Source: an uncultured Chloroflexia bacterium (GTDB taxonomy: Bacteria > Chloroflexota > Dehalococcoidia > UBA2979). Taken from it: a stretch of 64,000 bases of DNA. Position numbers and translations under genes: made by a program. Location of the stretch: NCBI GenBank assembly GCA_963728205.1, contig CAVSIV010000001.1, positions 1 to 64,000 of the forward strand, read 5' to 3'. The notes below the pieces were generated by a model. That model was not told where the DNA came from. It saw only the letters and a list, made by a program, of their open reading frames with translations, and ran no database searches. Each line of letters starts with the position of its first letter. The first letter of the stretch is position 1. Of the stretch, positions 42,050-53,175 are shown piece after piece.

Positions 42050-43255
42050 TTAGCCGCGCGGCAACCCGAGTCCGCGCGTCGCGATCACGTTGCGCTGGAT
42101 CTCGGAGGTGCCGCCCTCGATCGTGAACGCGATCGACCGCAGGTGCATGCGCGCCCACCCGCCGCCCATCGCCGTGCGCTTGCTTTCCGGGTCGAAAAGG
42201 TCACCGTACTTGCCGAGCAGCCGCGTTGCCGTGAGCCAGATGCGCTGGCCGAGCTCGGTGCCGAACATCTTCGTCACCGACGCCTCATAGTTCGGGACGA
42301 TCCCGCGCGCCTGCAGCGAGATGATGCGCTGCGAGAACGCCCGCGCCACCGCCGCCTCGATGTAGCGGTCGGCCAGCTGGAGGCGCGGCGAGTCGGCGCG
42401 GCCGAGCCGCGAGCGCCCGGTGTCGGCGTCGCGCTCGCGTACCAGGAAGTCGCGGATCACGTCGAGCGTCTGCTCGTTGAGCACGGCGGAGCCGATCGAC
42501 GAGCGCTCGAAATCGAGGTGGGTCGCGCCGACGTACCAGCCGCGGTCGATCTCGCCCACCGCGTTGCGGGCCGGCACGCGTACGTCCTCGAAGAAGACCT
42601 CGTTGAAGCCGCTGCCGCCGTGCATCTGCTGCAGCGGGCGCACGGTGATGCCGGGCGAGTCCATGCGCAGCAGCAGATAGGTGATGCCGCGGTGCTTCGG
42701 CGCCTCGGGGTTGGTGCGCACGAGCGCGAACATCCAGTTGGCGTTGTGCGCGTTGGACGTCCAGATCTTCTGGCCGTTCACCACGAAGTCGTCGCCGTCG
42801 CGGACCGCGCGCGTTTGCAGCGACGCGAGGTCCGATCCGGAGCCGGGCTCGGAGTAGCCCTGGCACCACACCGTGTCGCCGCGCACGAGCGGCGGCAGGT
42901 GCTCGCGCTTCTGCTCGTCCGAGCCGTGGACGAGGATCGTCGACCCCACGTCGTGCACCCCGGGGCGCGGAGCGCGCTGCTCCGCGAACGTCTCGTTGAG
43001 GATGAACTGTTCCATCGGCGTGAGATCCGCGCCGCCGTACTCCTTCGGCCATGCCGGCGCAATCCAGCCGCGCGCGACGAGCGCCGCGCGCCACCGCTTG
43101 AGCGCGTCCTCGCGCGCGGGCGATGACGGACCCTCGCCGAAGTTCATGTAGTCGCCGTCCTGCAGCCGGAGCTCGGCCGGCAGGTGCGCATCGATGAACC
43201 CCGCCACCTCGTATCGAAACGATGCCTGCTCGACCGTGTCCGCGAAGTCGACCAC
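42050..43255 (-). CDS. acyl-CoA dehydrogenase family protein
   Basis: WCQGYSEPGSGSDLA, NGQKIWTS, TIEGGTSEIQRN. Paralogue of 18413-19618. Confidence 0.93.
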   Translation of the reverse strand: MVDFADTVEQASFRYEVAGFIDAHLPAELRLQDGDYMNFGEGPSSPAREDALKRWRAALVARGWIAPAWPKEYGGADLTPMEQFILNETFAEQRAPRPGVHDVGSTILVHGSDEQKREHLPPLVRGDTVWCQGYSEPGSGSDLASLQTRAVRDGDDFVVNGQKIWTSNAHNANWMFALVRTNPEAPKHRGITYLLLRMDSPGITVRPLQQMHGGSGFNEVFFEDVRVPARNAVGEIDRGWYVGATHLDFERSSIGSAVLNEQTLDVIRDFLVRERDADTGRSRLGRADSPRLQLADRYIEAAVARAFSQRIISLQARGIVPNYEASVTKMFGTELGQRIWLTATRLLGKYGDLFDPESKRTAMGGGWARMHLRSIAFTIEGGTSEIQRNVIATRGLGLPRG

Positions 43256-43339
43256 TGGTGCTCCCGTCGCTGGGCGCTCCGTCGCGCCGCCTCGTTGCTC
43301 CGCGCCGCCGGCTCGTTTCGGTGGCGCGCCCCGACCCGT

Positions 43340-45800
43340 TCAGACCGGCAGGGGCGCGTCCGCGATCACGTGCGCGGCCTCCAGCGCCCCGACCTGCGTC
43401 TCGTCGTAGCCGGCCACATCCCGCAGGACCTCGGCGTTGTGCTCGCCGAAGCACGGCGCGGCGCGCAGGGGCAGCAGGGCACGCCGTCGCAGCCGCCAGA
43501 CCGGGTGCGTGGTGCGCTGCCGCCCGGCGACCGGGTGGTCATACGTCGTGTAGAAGCCGCGCGCGGCAAGATGCGCGTCGCGCACGAGCATCAGCGGCGA
43601 GAGCACGGGCGCGGCGCTCACGCCGGCCGCCTGCAGTCGCTCCGCGGCGTCGCCGGCGTCCTGGGCGCGCGCCCACTCCGCGATCGCCGCGTCGATCGCG
43701 TCCTCGCCCGCGCGCCGCCCCGCGAGCGTCGCGTAGCGCGGGGCGGCGAGCCTCGCGTCGCCGACGACGGACTGCAGCGCCTCCCACGCGGCGTCGTCCT
43801 CGACCGCGACCGCGAGCCACTCCTCGCGCGTCTCGCCGGACGTGCCGCGCGCGGCGCCGAGCGGGCGCGGCGCGCCGTCGGCGGCGCGGTAGACGCCGTG
43901 CGGCGCGCAGTCGACGTCGCGGTTGCCCTCGCGCACCGGGTACGCGGCCCCGATCGACTCCGCGACGATGAACTCGCCGATGAGCCCGATGATGTTGTCG
44001 CGCTGCCGCAGCACCATGTGCAGCCCCTCGCCGGCGCGCTCGCGGTGCAGCAAGGCCAGCGCGACCGCGCCGGCGGCGAGCGTCCCCGCGGTGGGGTCGC
44101 CGTACGAGATCCCGCTCTTGTGCGGCGGACCGCCCGCGTAGCTTTGCAGCGACACAAGCCCGCCCATCTGCTCGATCGTCGGGCCGAAGCCGACGCGCTC
44201 CGACTCCGGCGGCTCCTGGCTGAAGCCCGGCATCTGCAGCATCGAGATGCGCGGGTTGATCCGCCGCAACTCCTCGCAGCTCACGCCGAGCCGCGTCGCG
44301 ACGTCCGCGCTCCAGTTCTCGATCACCACGTCGGCCTGCGCGACAAGGGCGCGGAAGGCGGCGAGCCCCTCGGGCTGCTGCAGGTCGAGCGCGATCCCGC
44401 GCTTGCTGCGGTTGTACTCGTTGAAGTACGGCGAGCGGTCGAAGGTGCGCTCGCCGTCGACGGGGCCGATCGCGCGGACGGCGTCGGGGAAGGTCGTGCC
44501 CTCGATGTGAATGACGTCGGCGCCCGTGTCGCCGAGGAAGCGCGTGGCGAACGGGCCCGCCCACACTTGCGTGAGATTCGAGCACGCGGACGCCGGCGAG
44601 CGGCAGCGGCGGCGTCCCGTGGGCGTCCGCGGCGGCCGCCGCGGACGCTGTCGCCGCGCCCGCGGCTTCGCGGCTCGGCAGCTCCGCGATCACCTCTCCG
44701 GTGTGCTCGCCGAGGAGCGGCGCGCGGCGCGGCGCGCGCAGCGGATGGTCGACGGAGAACGCCGGGCCGGGCTGCGCGTGGCGCCCGAGCACCGGATGGT
44801 CGATCTCCTGCCAGAAGCCGCGCTCGCGCAATGGCGGCCACTCGAGCAGGTCGCGCGGCGCGGGGATCAGCGAGAAGGGCGCCCGCGCCCGCTGCGACGC
44901 GTCGAAGATCTCCTGCGACGTGCGCGCGGAGGTCCACTCCATCACCAGGGCCGTCACGAGGTCGTTCATGGCCGGGTCGGCCACCATGCCGGGGAGGTCG
45001 AGCGTCTCGCCCAGCTCGTGCTGACCGATGCACTCGAAGACCGACTTCGCCTGGCGCGCCATCGACGCCACGCCGACATGCCCGTCGGCGCTGGGGTAGA
45101 TCCCCCAGAGCGCGAACATCTGGTTGCCGGTGCGCGCCGCGTCGACCTCGTTCACCATCGCCGACGGCCCGAAACCCTCGAGCGCCGACGCCTGCGCCTC
45201 CTGGATCGAGATGTCGAGGTGGTCCCCGACGCCGCTCCGGCGCGCGCCGAACAGCGCGGCCAGGCAGGCCGAGAAGACGTGCAACGCTGTCTGGTAGCCG
45301 GCCTGGTCGCCCGCCGTCTTCAGCGGCGGCCGGTCGGGATCGCCGCACAGGTTCATCTGCCCGCCGGCCGCGAACGCGGTCAGCGCGGTCGCGCGCCAGC
45401 CGGCGCGCGGGCCGGTCTGGCCGAACGGCGTCACCGAGCACACCACGAGCGCCGGCCGGCGGGCGGCGACGGCGTCGAGGTCGATGCCCCGCTCGCGCCA
45501 CGCGCCCGGCGTGCCGGACTCGACGACCACGTCGGCCGTCTCGATCAGCCGCACGAGCGTCGCCCGGTCCTCCGCGCGGGTCGCGTCGAGCACGACGCCG
45601 CGCTTCCCCGTGTTCAGGTACGCGAAGAGCACGCTGCCGTCCGGTGTGTCGCCGACCCGCGGTCCGCGGCGCCGGGTCGGGTCGCCCTCCGGGGGCTCGA
45701 CCTTGATCACGTCGGCGCCGAACGACGCCATCAGGCGGGTCGCATAGGCGCCGGCGACGCCGTCGCTCAGGTCGATGACCCTTGTCTGCTCGAGCAGCAT
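43340..45800 (-). CDS. double-domain class III CoA-transferase (one extra base near 44577)
   Basis: Frame 1 runs MLLEQTRVIDL..GVRVL and frame 2 continues LTQVWAGPFA..NRSKR..APCFGEHN. Total length is 3n+1. Confidence 0.88.
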
Positions 45801-45819
45801 GGCGGGCACCTTTCCGGGC

Positions 45820-45857
45820 GGATGGGGGTGCCGGGGAACTGGTCGGCACCCCCATCC
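45820..45857 (-). terminator. 14-bp stem hairpin between the PTE-like gene and the CoA-transferase
   Basis: GGATGGGGGTGCCG-N10-CGGCACCCCCATCC. Confidence 0.5.
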
Positions 45858-45944
45858 ACCGCGAAGGTGGCAGGACGCGTCCGGTTCGCAGCCGGGGCGG
45901 CCGGCGTTGCGGTTGCCGCCGCCGGCGCGTGCGTCCTGCCCGGG

Positions 45945-46898
45945 CTAGTACGGCGTGCTGGGCTCGAGCAGCCGGCTCGGGTTCTCGACCAGCAGCGTGT
46001 GGATCTGCGCGTCGGTCGCGCCCTGCTCGCGCAGCGCCGGCGCGACCTGCTCCGAGATGTGCGCCATGTGCCAGTTGGGCATGACGGTGCCGATCTGCTC
46101 GTAGTTGGGCGCCCAGTCGATCGCGCAGCAGGAGTCGTGCGCGAGCGCGATGCGGTCCGCGTAGCCGTCGGCGAGCAGCCGGGCGAGGGCGCCGACGCGG
46201 CGGTCGAACGAGAGGATCCCGTCCATGCCGAAGCGGTCGAGGCCGATCATGCTGCCGTTGTCCATCAGCTCCTTCAGGTAGTCGACGTCGTCGGTGTCGC
46301 CGACGTGGCCGATCACGACGTGCGAGAGGTCGACGCCCTCGTCCTTGAAGATGCGCTGCTGCTCGCGCCCGAGCGTCGGCGGGTTGTTGTGCGTGAGGAT
46401 CGGCAGGCCGGTCGCGCGATGGGCGCGCGCGCCGGCGCGCAGGCACTTCTCGTTGACCTCGGAGAGCCCGCCCGACTCCTGGTCGGTCGCGAGCTTGATG
46501 GCGCCGGGGCGCACGCCCGTGTCGGCGATGCCCTCCTGGGCCTCGCGGATGAAGGCGCTCGCCATGTCGTCGGCGTCCCGGCCGACCCAGTAGCGCGGCA
46601 CCATCCAGTAGATGCCGGTCGCGCAGACGATGTGGATCGGGGTCTCGGCCTGGACCTCCTGCATCAGCGCGACGTCGCGTCCCATGTCCGCGGTCGTCAG
46701 GTCGACGACCGTCTGGATCCCCGCGCGCTCCGCGGCGCGCAGGCGCTCGAGGGCGTTCCGCTTCGCGAAGTCGCGGTTCGATCGCTCGGGCCAGTTCTCG
46801 CGGATGCCGGGCGTGCGGATGTTGATGTGCTCGTGCACGAGCGTGCGTCCGAGCTTCACCGGCTCGACGGGGCCGCGGACCGTGTTGATCGTCGCCAT
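45945..46898 (-). CDS. phosphotriesterase-related metallohydrolase (PLL lactonase family)
   Basis: INTVRGP, TLVHEH, IKLA (carboxy-Lys), LTH, IGH, LAHD. Confidence 0.9.
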   Translation of the reverse strand: MATINTVRGPVEPVKLGRTLVHEHINIRTPGIRENWPERSNRDFAKRNALERLRAAERAGIQTVVDLTTADMGRDVALMQEVQAETPIHIVCATGIYWMVPRYWVGRDADDMASAFIREAQEGIADTGVRPGAIKLATDQESGGLSEVNEKCLRAGARAHRATGLPILTHNNPPTLGREQQRIFKDEGVDLSHVVIGHVGDTDDVDYLKELMDNGSMIGLDRFGMDGILSFDRRVGALARLLADGYADRIALAHDSCCAIDWAPNYEQIGTVMPNWHMAHISEQVAPALREQGATDAQIHTLLVENPSRLLEPSTPY

Positions 46899-47231
46899 CG
46901 CTCTCTCCCGCTGCGGCGCATCACGCGCATGGTGGCGTCGCGGGACGCTAGGCAGGGCCGCCGGGGATCGTCAAACAGGTTTCTTTTGCCCGCCGGGTGC
47001 GGGGGCGTGCGGCCGCGTCACGCGCGGGCGGCACGGCGGCGCGCGCGGGCCATCCATCAACTTGCTGATTGCGACGCGGCGCGGTTCCCGGTATCAGCAA
47101 CGCGTGTAATGCCGCGTCGCGACGGGGGAGCGCGCGCGTGCATCGCGGACCCATCGGGACGACGTACCGCGGTCGCGGACCGGGCGGTGCTTCCGCGGCG
47201 GCGGCCCCACCTGAGGGAACGGGAGCAGCTC

Positions 47232-49022
47232 ATGACGGACGACGGCGGTTACTGGCAGCGACTGGCGAACCGGGGACTGAGCCGGCGCGGGCTTCTGCGC
47301 GGCTCGGCGATGGCCGGGGCCGGGCTGGCCGGCGCGGCGCTGATCGGCTGCGGCAGCAGCGGCTCGTCGACGGGCACGCCCGCGGCGACGCAGGCGGCCT
47401 CCGGGTCCGGCGGCAGCGCCGCGACCGCCGCGTCGGCGGGCGCGCAGGCCGCCGCCAGCGGTGACAACGGCTCGCACGTTCCGTCGAACCCGGCCGACCC
47501 GGCGCTCGCGCCGGACTACGCGTCGATCTACGGGGGCACGCCGAAATCCGGCGGCACTCTACACCTGGTGCTCGGCTCCGATCCCGGCAACTACAACCCG
47601 ATCCGCGACGCCGGCTATCCCGGCCTCGAGGTGGCGGGCGGCGTGCTCAGCAACCTCGTGCGCGCGAACTGGCGCATTCGCGGCGACGTCACGTACGAGG
47701 GTGATCTCGCCCAGGCGATGCCGGAGCAGCCCGACCAGCAGACCTATGTCTTCAAGCTGCGCCCGAACGCGAAGTGGCACAACGTGCCGCCGGTCAACGG
47801 TCGCGCGCTGACGTCCGAGGACGTCAAGAAGAACTTCGAGTACATGGTCACGAACCAGGCCGACTTCGTCCTGCGGCCGATGTTCACGATGGTCGACAAG
47901 GTCGACACGCCCGACGACACGACCGTCACCGTGCACACGTCGTTCCCGTACTCGTCATTCATCGACAACCTCGCGGACTGCTGGGCGAAAGTGATTCCGC
48001 AGGAGCAGTACGAAGGCAACCTCTCGAAGACGAAGCCCGTCGGCTCGGGACCGTTCATCTTCGACTCGTTCCAGACGGGTGTGCAGTACAAGTTGAAGCG
48101 GAATCCCGACTACTACCGCCAGGGCCGCCCGTACCTCGATGGGCTGACCTGGCACGTCATCAACAACTCGCAGCTCGCGCAGTCGTCCTTCCTCTCAGGA
48201 CAGGTCGACAGCTACGGGTCGGGCGTCGCGCAGCTGTCGCTCGAGACGATCAAGCGCAAGACCGATGCGAACTGGAGCTGGCGCTGGAGCGTGCTGAACC
48301 CGTTGATGATCAACAACCAGCGGAAGCCGTTCGACGACGAGCGGGTGCGGCAGGCGATCATGTACGCGGTCGACCAGGACGCGATTCGCCAGCTCCAGTT
48401 CGGCGGGTACGCGCGGCAGGGCCAGCACGTCGGGCTCTTCCACAACGACGTGTTGCTCGAGGACTCCGAGCTGCCGAAGCGCGACGTCGCGAAGGCGAAG
48501 CAGCTGCTGAGCGCCGCCGGCGTCGAGAATCTGACGCTGGCCGACAAGACGTTCCAGGGCGCGAGCCAGGCGTTCGGCACGCTGCAGGTGCAGCAGGCGC
48601 TGAAGGACGCCGGGATCGCGATGAGCGTCGACGAGATGCAGTGGGCGAACTGGCGCAGCCGGGTCTACGGCATCGAGGGCGACTTCGAAATCACGATGGG
48701 TGGTGAGTTCGACTACCTGAGCCTCGATCGGCAACTGTACAACAGCTACTACTCGAAGGGCGCGGCGAACAACCGGCACGTGAACGACGCGAAGCTCGAC
48801 AAGATGCTCGACGACGCGCGCGGCATCTTCGACAAGAGCCAGGTCGCGAGCGCCTACAAGGACATCCAGCGCTACCTGTACGCGCAGGCGATCAATGTCC
48901 CGCTCGCGGACGGAGTGACCACCGCGGCGACCGACAAGAAGGTGAAGGGCTGGTTCTGGGGCGCCAGCGCCGGCGTCCTCTTCGGGGTGCAGTGGTTCGA
49001 CTCGGTGTGGCTGAACACATGA
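47232..49022 (+). CDS. ABC transporter substrate-binding protein, family 5 (Tat lipoprotein)
   Basis: SRRGLLRG plus ALIGC; PPVNGRALTSEDV, PVGSGPF, FDDERVRQAI. Confidence 0.9.
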   Translation: MTDDGGYWQRLANRGLSRRGLLRGSAMAGAGLAGAALIGCGSSGSSTGTPAATQAASGSGGSAATAASAGAQAAASGDNGSHVPSNPADPALAPDYASIYGGTPKSGGTLHLVLGSDPGNYNPIRDAGYPGLEVAGGVLSNLVRANWRIRGDVTYEGDLAQAMPEQPDQQTYVFKLRPNAKWHNVPPVNGRALTSEDVKKNFEYMVTNQADFVLRPMFTMVDKVDTPDDTTVTVHTSFPYSSFIDNLADCWAKVIPQEQYEGNLSKTKPVGSGPFIFDSFQTGVQYKLKRNPDYYRQGRPYLDGLTWHVINNSQLAQSSFLSGQVDSYGSGVAQLSLETIKRKTDANWSWRWSVLNPLMINNQRKPFDDERVRQAIMYAVDQDAIRQLQFGGYARQGQHVGLFHNDVLLEDSELPKRDVAKAKQLLSAAGVENLTLADKTFQGASQAFGTLQVQQALKDAGIAMSVDEMQWANWRSRVYGIEGDFEITMGGEFDYLSLDRQLYNSYYSKGAANNRHVNDAKLDKMLDDARGIFDKSQVASAYKDIQRYLYAQAINVPLADGVTTAATDKKVKGWFWGASAGVLFGVQWFDSVWLNT

Positions 49023-49110
49023 TCGCCGCCGCAGCGGCAGCGATGTCCGGTCGGGCGGGCGCGGCGCGGACGCGGCGCGGGGGCGCCCGTCGCGGCGGGG
49101 TGCTCCGCTG

Positions 49111-50058
49111 ATGATGGTGTACATCCTGCGCCGGCTCGTGGTCGCCGTGATCACCGTGCTCGGCGTCGCGTTCCTCGTCGTGGTCGCGATGCGGGCGATC
49201 CCCGGCAGCGCGATCGACGTGATCCTGTCCACGGGATCGATCGGTGGCCCGCATGCGCGACAGGAGCTCGCGCACGAGCTCGGGCTCGACCGGCCGCTGC
49301 CCGTCCAGTACGTGGACTGGCTGGGCGGGGTACTGCACGGCGACTTCGGGGAGTCGGTGATCACCGGCCGGTCGGTCGGGAGTCAGCTGCGCGAGGCCCT
49401 GCCCGTGAGCGTCGAGCTCGGGATCATGGCGCTCGCCTTCGGGCTCGTCTTCGGCATCCCCGTGGGGGTGATCTCGGCGATCCGCCAGGACACGCTCACG
49501 GACTACTCGCTCCGCTCGATCGCGATCGCCGGTCTCTCTATCCCGAACTTCCTGGTGGGTGTGGTGGTGATCGTGCTGGCGTCGCGGCTCTTCAACTGGA
49601 CGCCGTCGATCACGTACCACCCGCTGATCCACGAGCCGCTGGCCAACCTGCAGCAGTTTGTGCTGCCGGCCGTGATCCTCGGGTTTGGGGCGTCGGCGGC
49701 GCTCATGCGCTTCACGCGGACCGCGGTGCTCGAGACGTCGCGTGCCGACTACGTGCGGACCGCGCGGGCGAAGGGGCTGTCCGAGTACGGCGTGGTGGCG
49801 CGCCACATCGTGCGCAACGCGCTGATCCCGGTCATCAGCGTCGTGGGCGTGTTTCTGGCGTTCATCGTCGGCGGCACGGTGATCTTCGAGCAGATGTTCC
49901 AGCTGCCGGGGATGGGGCGACTGCTGTTCGTTGCGATCAACAACCGCGACTACCCGACGATCCAGTCGGCCGTGCTGGTGTTCGCGTCGACGGTCGTCCT
50001 GGTGAACTTCCTCACGGACCTCGCATACACGGTCGTCGACCCGCGCGTGCGGCTGTAG
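49111..50058 (+). CDS. ABC transporter permease (OppB/DppB family)
   Basis: LGLDRPLPVQY, DYVRTARAKGL, VDPRVR. Confidence 0.92.
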   Translation: MMVYILRRLVVAVITVLGVAFLVVVAMRAIPGSAIDVILSTGSIGGPHARQELAHELGLDRPLPVQYVDWLGGVLHGDFGESVITGRSVGSQLREALPVSVELGIMALAFGLVFGIPVGVISAIRQDTLTDYSLRSIAIAGLSIPNFLVGVVVIVLASRLFNWTPSITYHPLIHEPLANLQQFVLPAVILGFGASAALMRFTRTAVLETSRADYVRTARAKGLSEYGVVARHIVRNALIPVISVVGVFLAFIVGGTVIFEQMFQLPGMGRLLFVAINNRDYPTIQSAVLVFASTVVLVNFLTDLAYTVVDPRVRL

Positions 50059-50060
50059 GG

Positions 50061-50975
50061 GTGGCCATGGTCTCGACCGACACGCCCGTCGCCTCGGCGC
50101 CCGACATCCGGCCGGCGCGTCCGCGCAACCCGGTGGTCGACGTCTTCGTGCGCCTGTACCGGGACAAGCCGATGGCGTTCTGGGGCGGGCTCGCGCCGAT
50201 CGTCCTCGTGATCCTGGTCGCGGTGCTGGCCGGCGCGATCACGCGGGTGCCCCCCAACCTGCAGAACTCCGCGGTGGTGCTCGAGGGGCCGAGCCTCTCG
50301 CACCCGTTCGGCACCGATCAGTTCGGTCGCGACGTCTACTCGCGGGTCGTGTACGGCGCGCGCCTGTCGCTGGAGGTCGGGCTGATCCCGGTGTTCGTCG
50401 GCATCACGATCGCGACCGTGATCGGGGTGATCTCCGGCTACTTCGGCGGCCTGGTCGATCTCGTGATCCAGCGCGGGGTCGACATCCTCATGGGGTTCCC
50501 GTCGTTCATCCTGCTGCTGCTGCTCGCGGCGATCCTGACGCCGAGCAAGACGAGCACGATCATCGGCATCTCGGTGATCCTGATCGCGGGGCCGGTCCGC
50601 GTCATCCGTGGGCAGGTGCTGGCGATTAAGGAGCACACGTTCGTCGAGGCGGCGCGGGTGCTCGGCGCGAGCGAGACGCGGATGATGCTGCGGCACATTC
50701 TGCCGAACATCCTCGACCTCGTGATCGTGATCCTCTCGATCAACGTCTCGTTCGCGATCATCGCGGCCGCGTCACTGAGCTTCCTCGGCCTCGGTGTGCC
50801 ACCGCCGACGCCCGACTGGGGCGGCATGGTGTCGGGCACCGAGCTCGCGTACCTCTCCACGGCGCCCTGGATCATGATCGCCGCCGGCGGCGCACTCACG
50901 ATCACCGTGTTCGGCTTCAACATGCTCGGGGACGGGCTGCGGGACGTGCTCGACCCGCGCCTTCGCGGCTCCTGA
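50061..50975 (+). CDS. ABC transporter permease (OppC/DppC family)
   Basis: HPFGTDQFGRD, FVEAARVLGAS, GDGLRDVLDPR. Confidence 0.92.
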   Translation: MAMVSTDTPVASAPDIRPARPRNPVVDVFVRLYRDKPMAFWGGLAPIVLVILVAVLAGAITRVPPNLQNSAVVLEGPSLSHPFGTDQFGRDVYSRVVYGARLSLEVGLIPVFVGITIATVIGVISGYFGGLVDLVIQRGVDILMGFPSFILLLLLAAILTPSKTSTIIGISVILIAGPVRVIRGQVLAIKEHTFVEAARVLGASETRMMLRHILPNILDLVIVILSINVSFAIIAAASLSFLGLGVPPPTPDWGGMVSGTELAYLSTAPWIMIAAGGALTITVFGFNMLGDGLRDVLDPRLRGS

Positions 50976-51027
50976 TCCCGGGCCCACCAGGCAAGCGCCG
51001 CGCGCGCAGGCACAGTAAGGACGACGC

Positions 51028-51915
51028 ATGTCACGCGATTTCGAGAACCTGCTCATCGACCGGGTGGGGACGGACGGGCGCATCGCACGCGTCACGCTGA
51101 ACCGACCGGAGAAGATGAACGCGCTCTCGCAGGAGCTGCTCTTCGAGCTGCGCGAGGCCCTGATGGACCTCGAGGCAGACGACAGCGCGCGCGTGATCAT
51201 CCTGCGCGGCGCGGGGCGCACGTTCAGCGCCGGCTACGACCTCACGCCGCCACAGCAGAGCGGTGCCGACGCCGTGGTGCGCGCGTTCAAGACCACCGAC
51301 CCGCAGGGCCGCCGGCTGTGGGCGAACGCGCGCGGCGGCATCCAGCGCATCACCGACATCCACATGTACTTCTGGAACATGCAGAAGATCACCGTCGCCC
51401 AGATCCACGGGTACGCCATCGCCGGGGGCTGCGAGCTCGCGATGATGGCCGACATCGTCACCGCGGCGAGCGACGCGAAGCTCGGACACCCGGGGCTGCG
51501 CTTCGGCGGGACGCGGACCTCGATGATCCTGCCGCTCGTGATCGGGATGCGGAAGGCGAAGGAGCTTTTCTACACGGGCGACAACATCAGCGGCGAGGAG
51601 GCCGAGGCCATCGGGATGATCAACCATGCCTGGCCGATGGAGCAGCTGGAGGAGCGGACGATCGCGATCGCCGACCGCATCGCGAACCTGCCCTCCGACC
51701 ACCTCGCGATGCTCAAGGTCCACGTCAACCGCTTCTACGAGAACATGGGCATCTACTCGTCCGTGCGCTCGTCGACGGACCTCGACGCGATTTCGTTCAC
51801 CTCGCAGGCGTACCAGTGGGGCGACCACATGCGCGAGGGCGGCCTGAAGGAGGCGCTCGCCTGGCGCGACGGTCCGTACCAGGACTACCGCGCCGCGCCG
51901 ACGCGCACCTCCTGA
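51028..51915 (+). CDS. enoyl-CoA hydratase/isomerase family protein
   Basis: TLNRPEKMNAL, FSAGYDL, HGYAIAGGCEL; same WRDGP C-terminus as the other two paralogues. Confidence 0.9.
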   Translation: MSRDFENLLIDRVGTDGRIARVTLNRPEKMNALSQELLFELREALMDLEADDSARVIILRGAGRTFSAGYDLTPPQQSGADAVVRAFKTTDPQGRRLWANARGGIQRITDIHMYFWNMQKITVAQIHGYAIAGGCELAMMADIVTAASDAKLGHPGLRFGGTRTSMILPLVIGMRKAKELFYTGDNISGEEAEAIGMINHAWPMEQLEERTIAIADRIANLPSDHLAMLKVHVNRFYENMGIYSSVRSSTDLDAISFTSQAYQWGDHMREGGLKEALAWRDGPYQDYRAAPTRTS

Positions 51916-51984
51916 GCTGCGCACCGTCCGCGCGCCGCCACGGCACGCGGGCCCGGAGAGCGCGTGGGAGGGGAAGGGTGCGCC

Positions 51985-53112
51985 GTGGAGCAGGCTGACG
52001 GGCAGGTGCTGATCGCGGGGGCGTCCGGGCTCGTCGGGCACGCGGCGGCGGCGCACTTCGCGTCGCTGCCGGGCTGGGACGTGATCGGCGTCTCGCGACG
52101 GATGCCGGACGACCTCGACGGCGTGCGGCTGGAGTCGGTGGACCTGCTCGATCGCGACGCGTGCGAGCGCGCGTTCGGCGCGATGCCGGGCGTCACGCAT
52201 CTCGTCTACGCGGCGCTGCAGGAGACGCCCGGGCTCTACCCGGGGTGGACCGACCCCGAGCTGATCGAGCGCAACGGCGCGATGCTCCGGAACCTCTTCG
52301 ACCCGCTGTCGCGCGTCGCCACCGGGTTGCGGCACGTCTCGCTGCTCCACGGGACGAAGGCGTACGGCCTGCACCATCCGGACGTCGGGTTCGACGGCGT
52401 CCACGTCCCGCTGCGCGAGCGCGCCCCGCGGCGCGACCATCCGAACTTCTACTTCGTGCAGGAGGACTACCTGCACGAGCGTCGAACTGAGACCGGCGCG
52501 GACTGGGGCATCACCGTCTTCCGCCCCACCGTGATCTATGGCGACGCGCCCGGCAACAACATGAACCCCGTGCTCGCGATCGGCGTCTACGCGGCGCTGC
52601 TGCGTGAGGAGGGGCGGCCGCTCGACTTCCCGGGGGCCGGCGACCAGCCGGCGCTGCACGAGGCGGTCGACGCGGACCTCGTCGCGCGCGCGCTGGCCTG
52701 GGCGGCGACCGCGCCGGCCGCCGCCGGCGGCACCTTCAATCTCACGAACGGCGACGTCTTCCTGTGGGAGCACGTGTGGCCGGCGATCGCGGAGACGCTC
52801 GGCATGGCGTCGGGCGAGCAGCGGCCGCTGTCGCTCGCCGAGGAGCTGCCGCGGCGCGACGCCGAGTGGGCGGCGATCGTCGAGCGGTACGGCCTGCACG
52901 CACCGAAGCGCGTGCTCGACTTCGTCGGGTACAACTCGCTCGTGTACGCGGACGGGATCCTCGGCGCAACGCGCCGCCGGCCGATCCCCGCGCTGAACAG
53001 CACGATCGCTGCGCGCCGCGCCGGCTTCCACGACTGCATGGATACCGAGGACATGTTCCGCGGGCTCTTCACGCGCCTGCAGGACGCGAAACGGCTCCCA
53101 CCACCGGGGTAG
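51985..53112 (+). CDS. atypical SDR of the PRISE (progesterone 5-beta-reductase/iridoid synthase-like) family
   Basis: GASGLVG, VSRR, VTHLVY, HVSLLHGTKAYG, PNFYFVQED, FNLTNGD. Confidence 0.8.
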   Translation: MEQADGQVLIAGASGLVGHAAAAHFASLPGWDVIGVSRRMPDDLDGVRLESVDLLDRDACERAFGAMPGVTHLVYAALQETPGLYPGWTDPELIERNGAMLRNLFDPLSRVATGLRHVSLLHGTKAYGLHHPDVGFDGVHVPLRERAPRRDHPNFYFVQEDYLHERRTETGADWGITVFRPTVIYGDAPGNNMNPVLAIGVYAALLREEGRPLDFPGAGDQPALHEAVDADLVARALAWAATAPAAAGGTFNLTNGDVFLWEHVWPAIAETLGMASGEQRPLSLAEELPRRDAEWAAIVERYGLHAPKRVLDFVGYNSLVYADGILGATRRRPIPALNSTIAARRAGFHDCMDTEDMFRGLFTRLQDAKRLPPPG

Positions 53113-53175
53113 CGATCGGTCGTCCGAGCGCACCCCCGCCGTGACATGAGACCCCCCGGAAAGAGAAGAGTCGGA

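Noticed and set aside
44511-47231. 1503-aa ORF 44511-49022 as one giant protein
   Set aside because: The first ~900 codons are the antisense shadow of the CoA-transferase and PTE genes. The real SBP starts at 47232 with an RBS and Tat signal.
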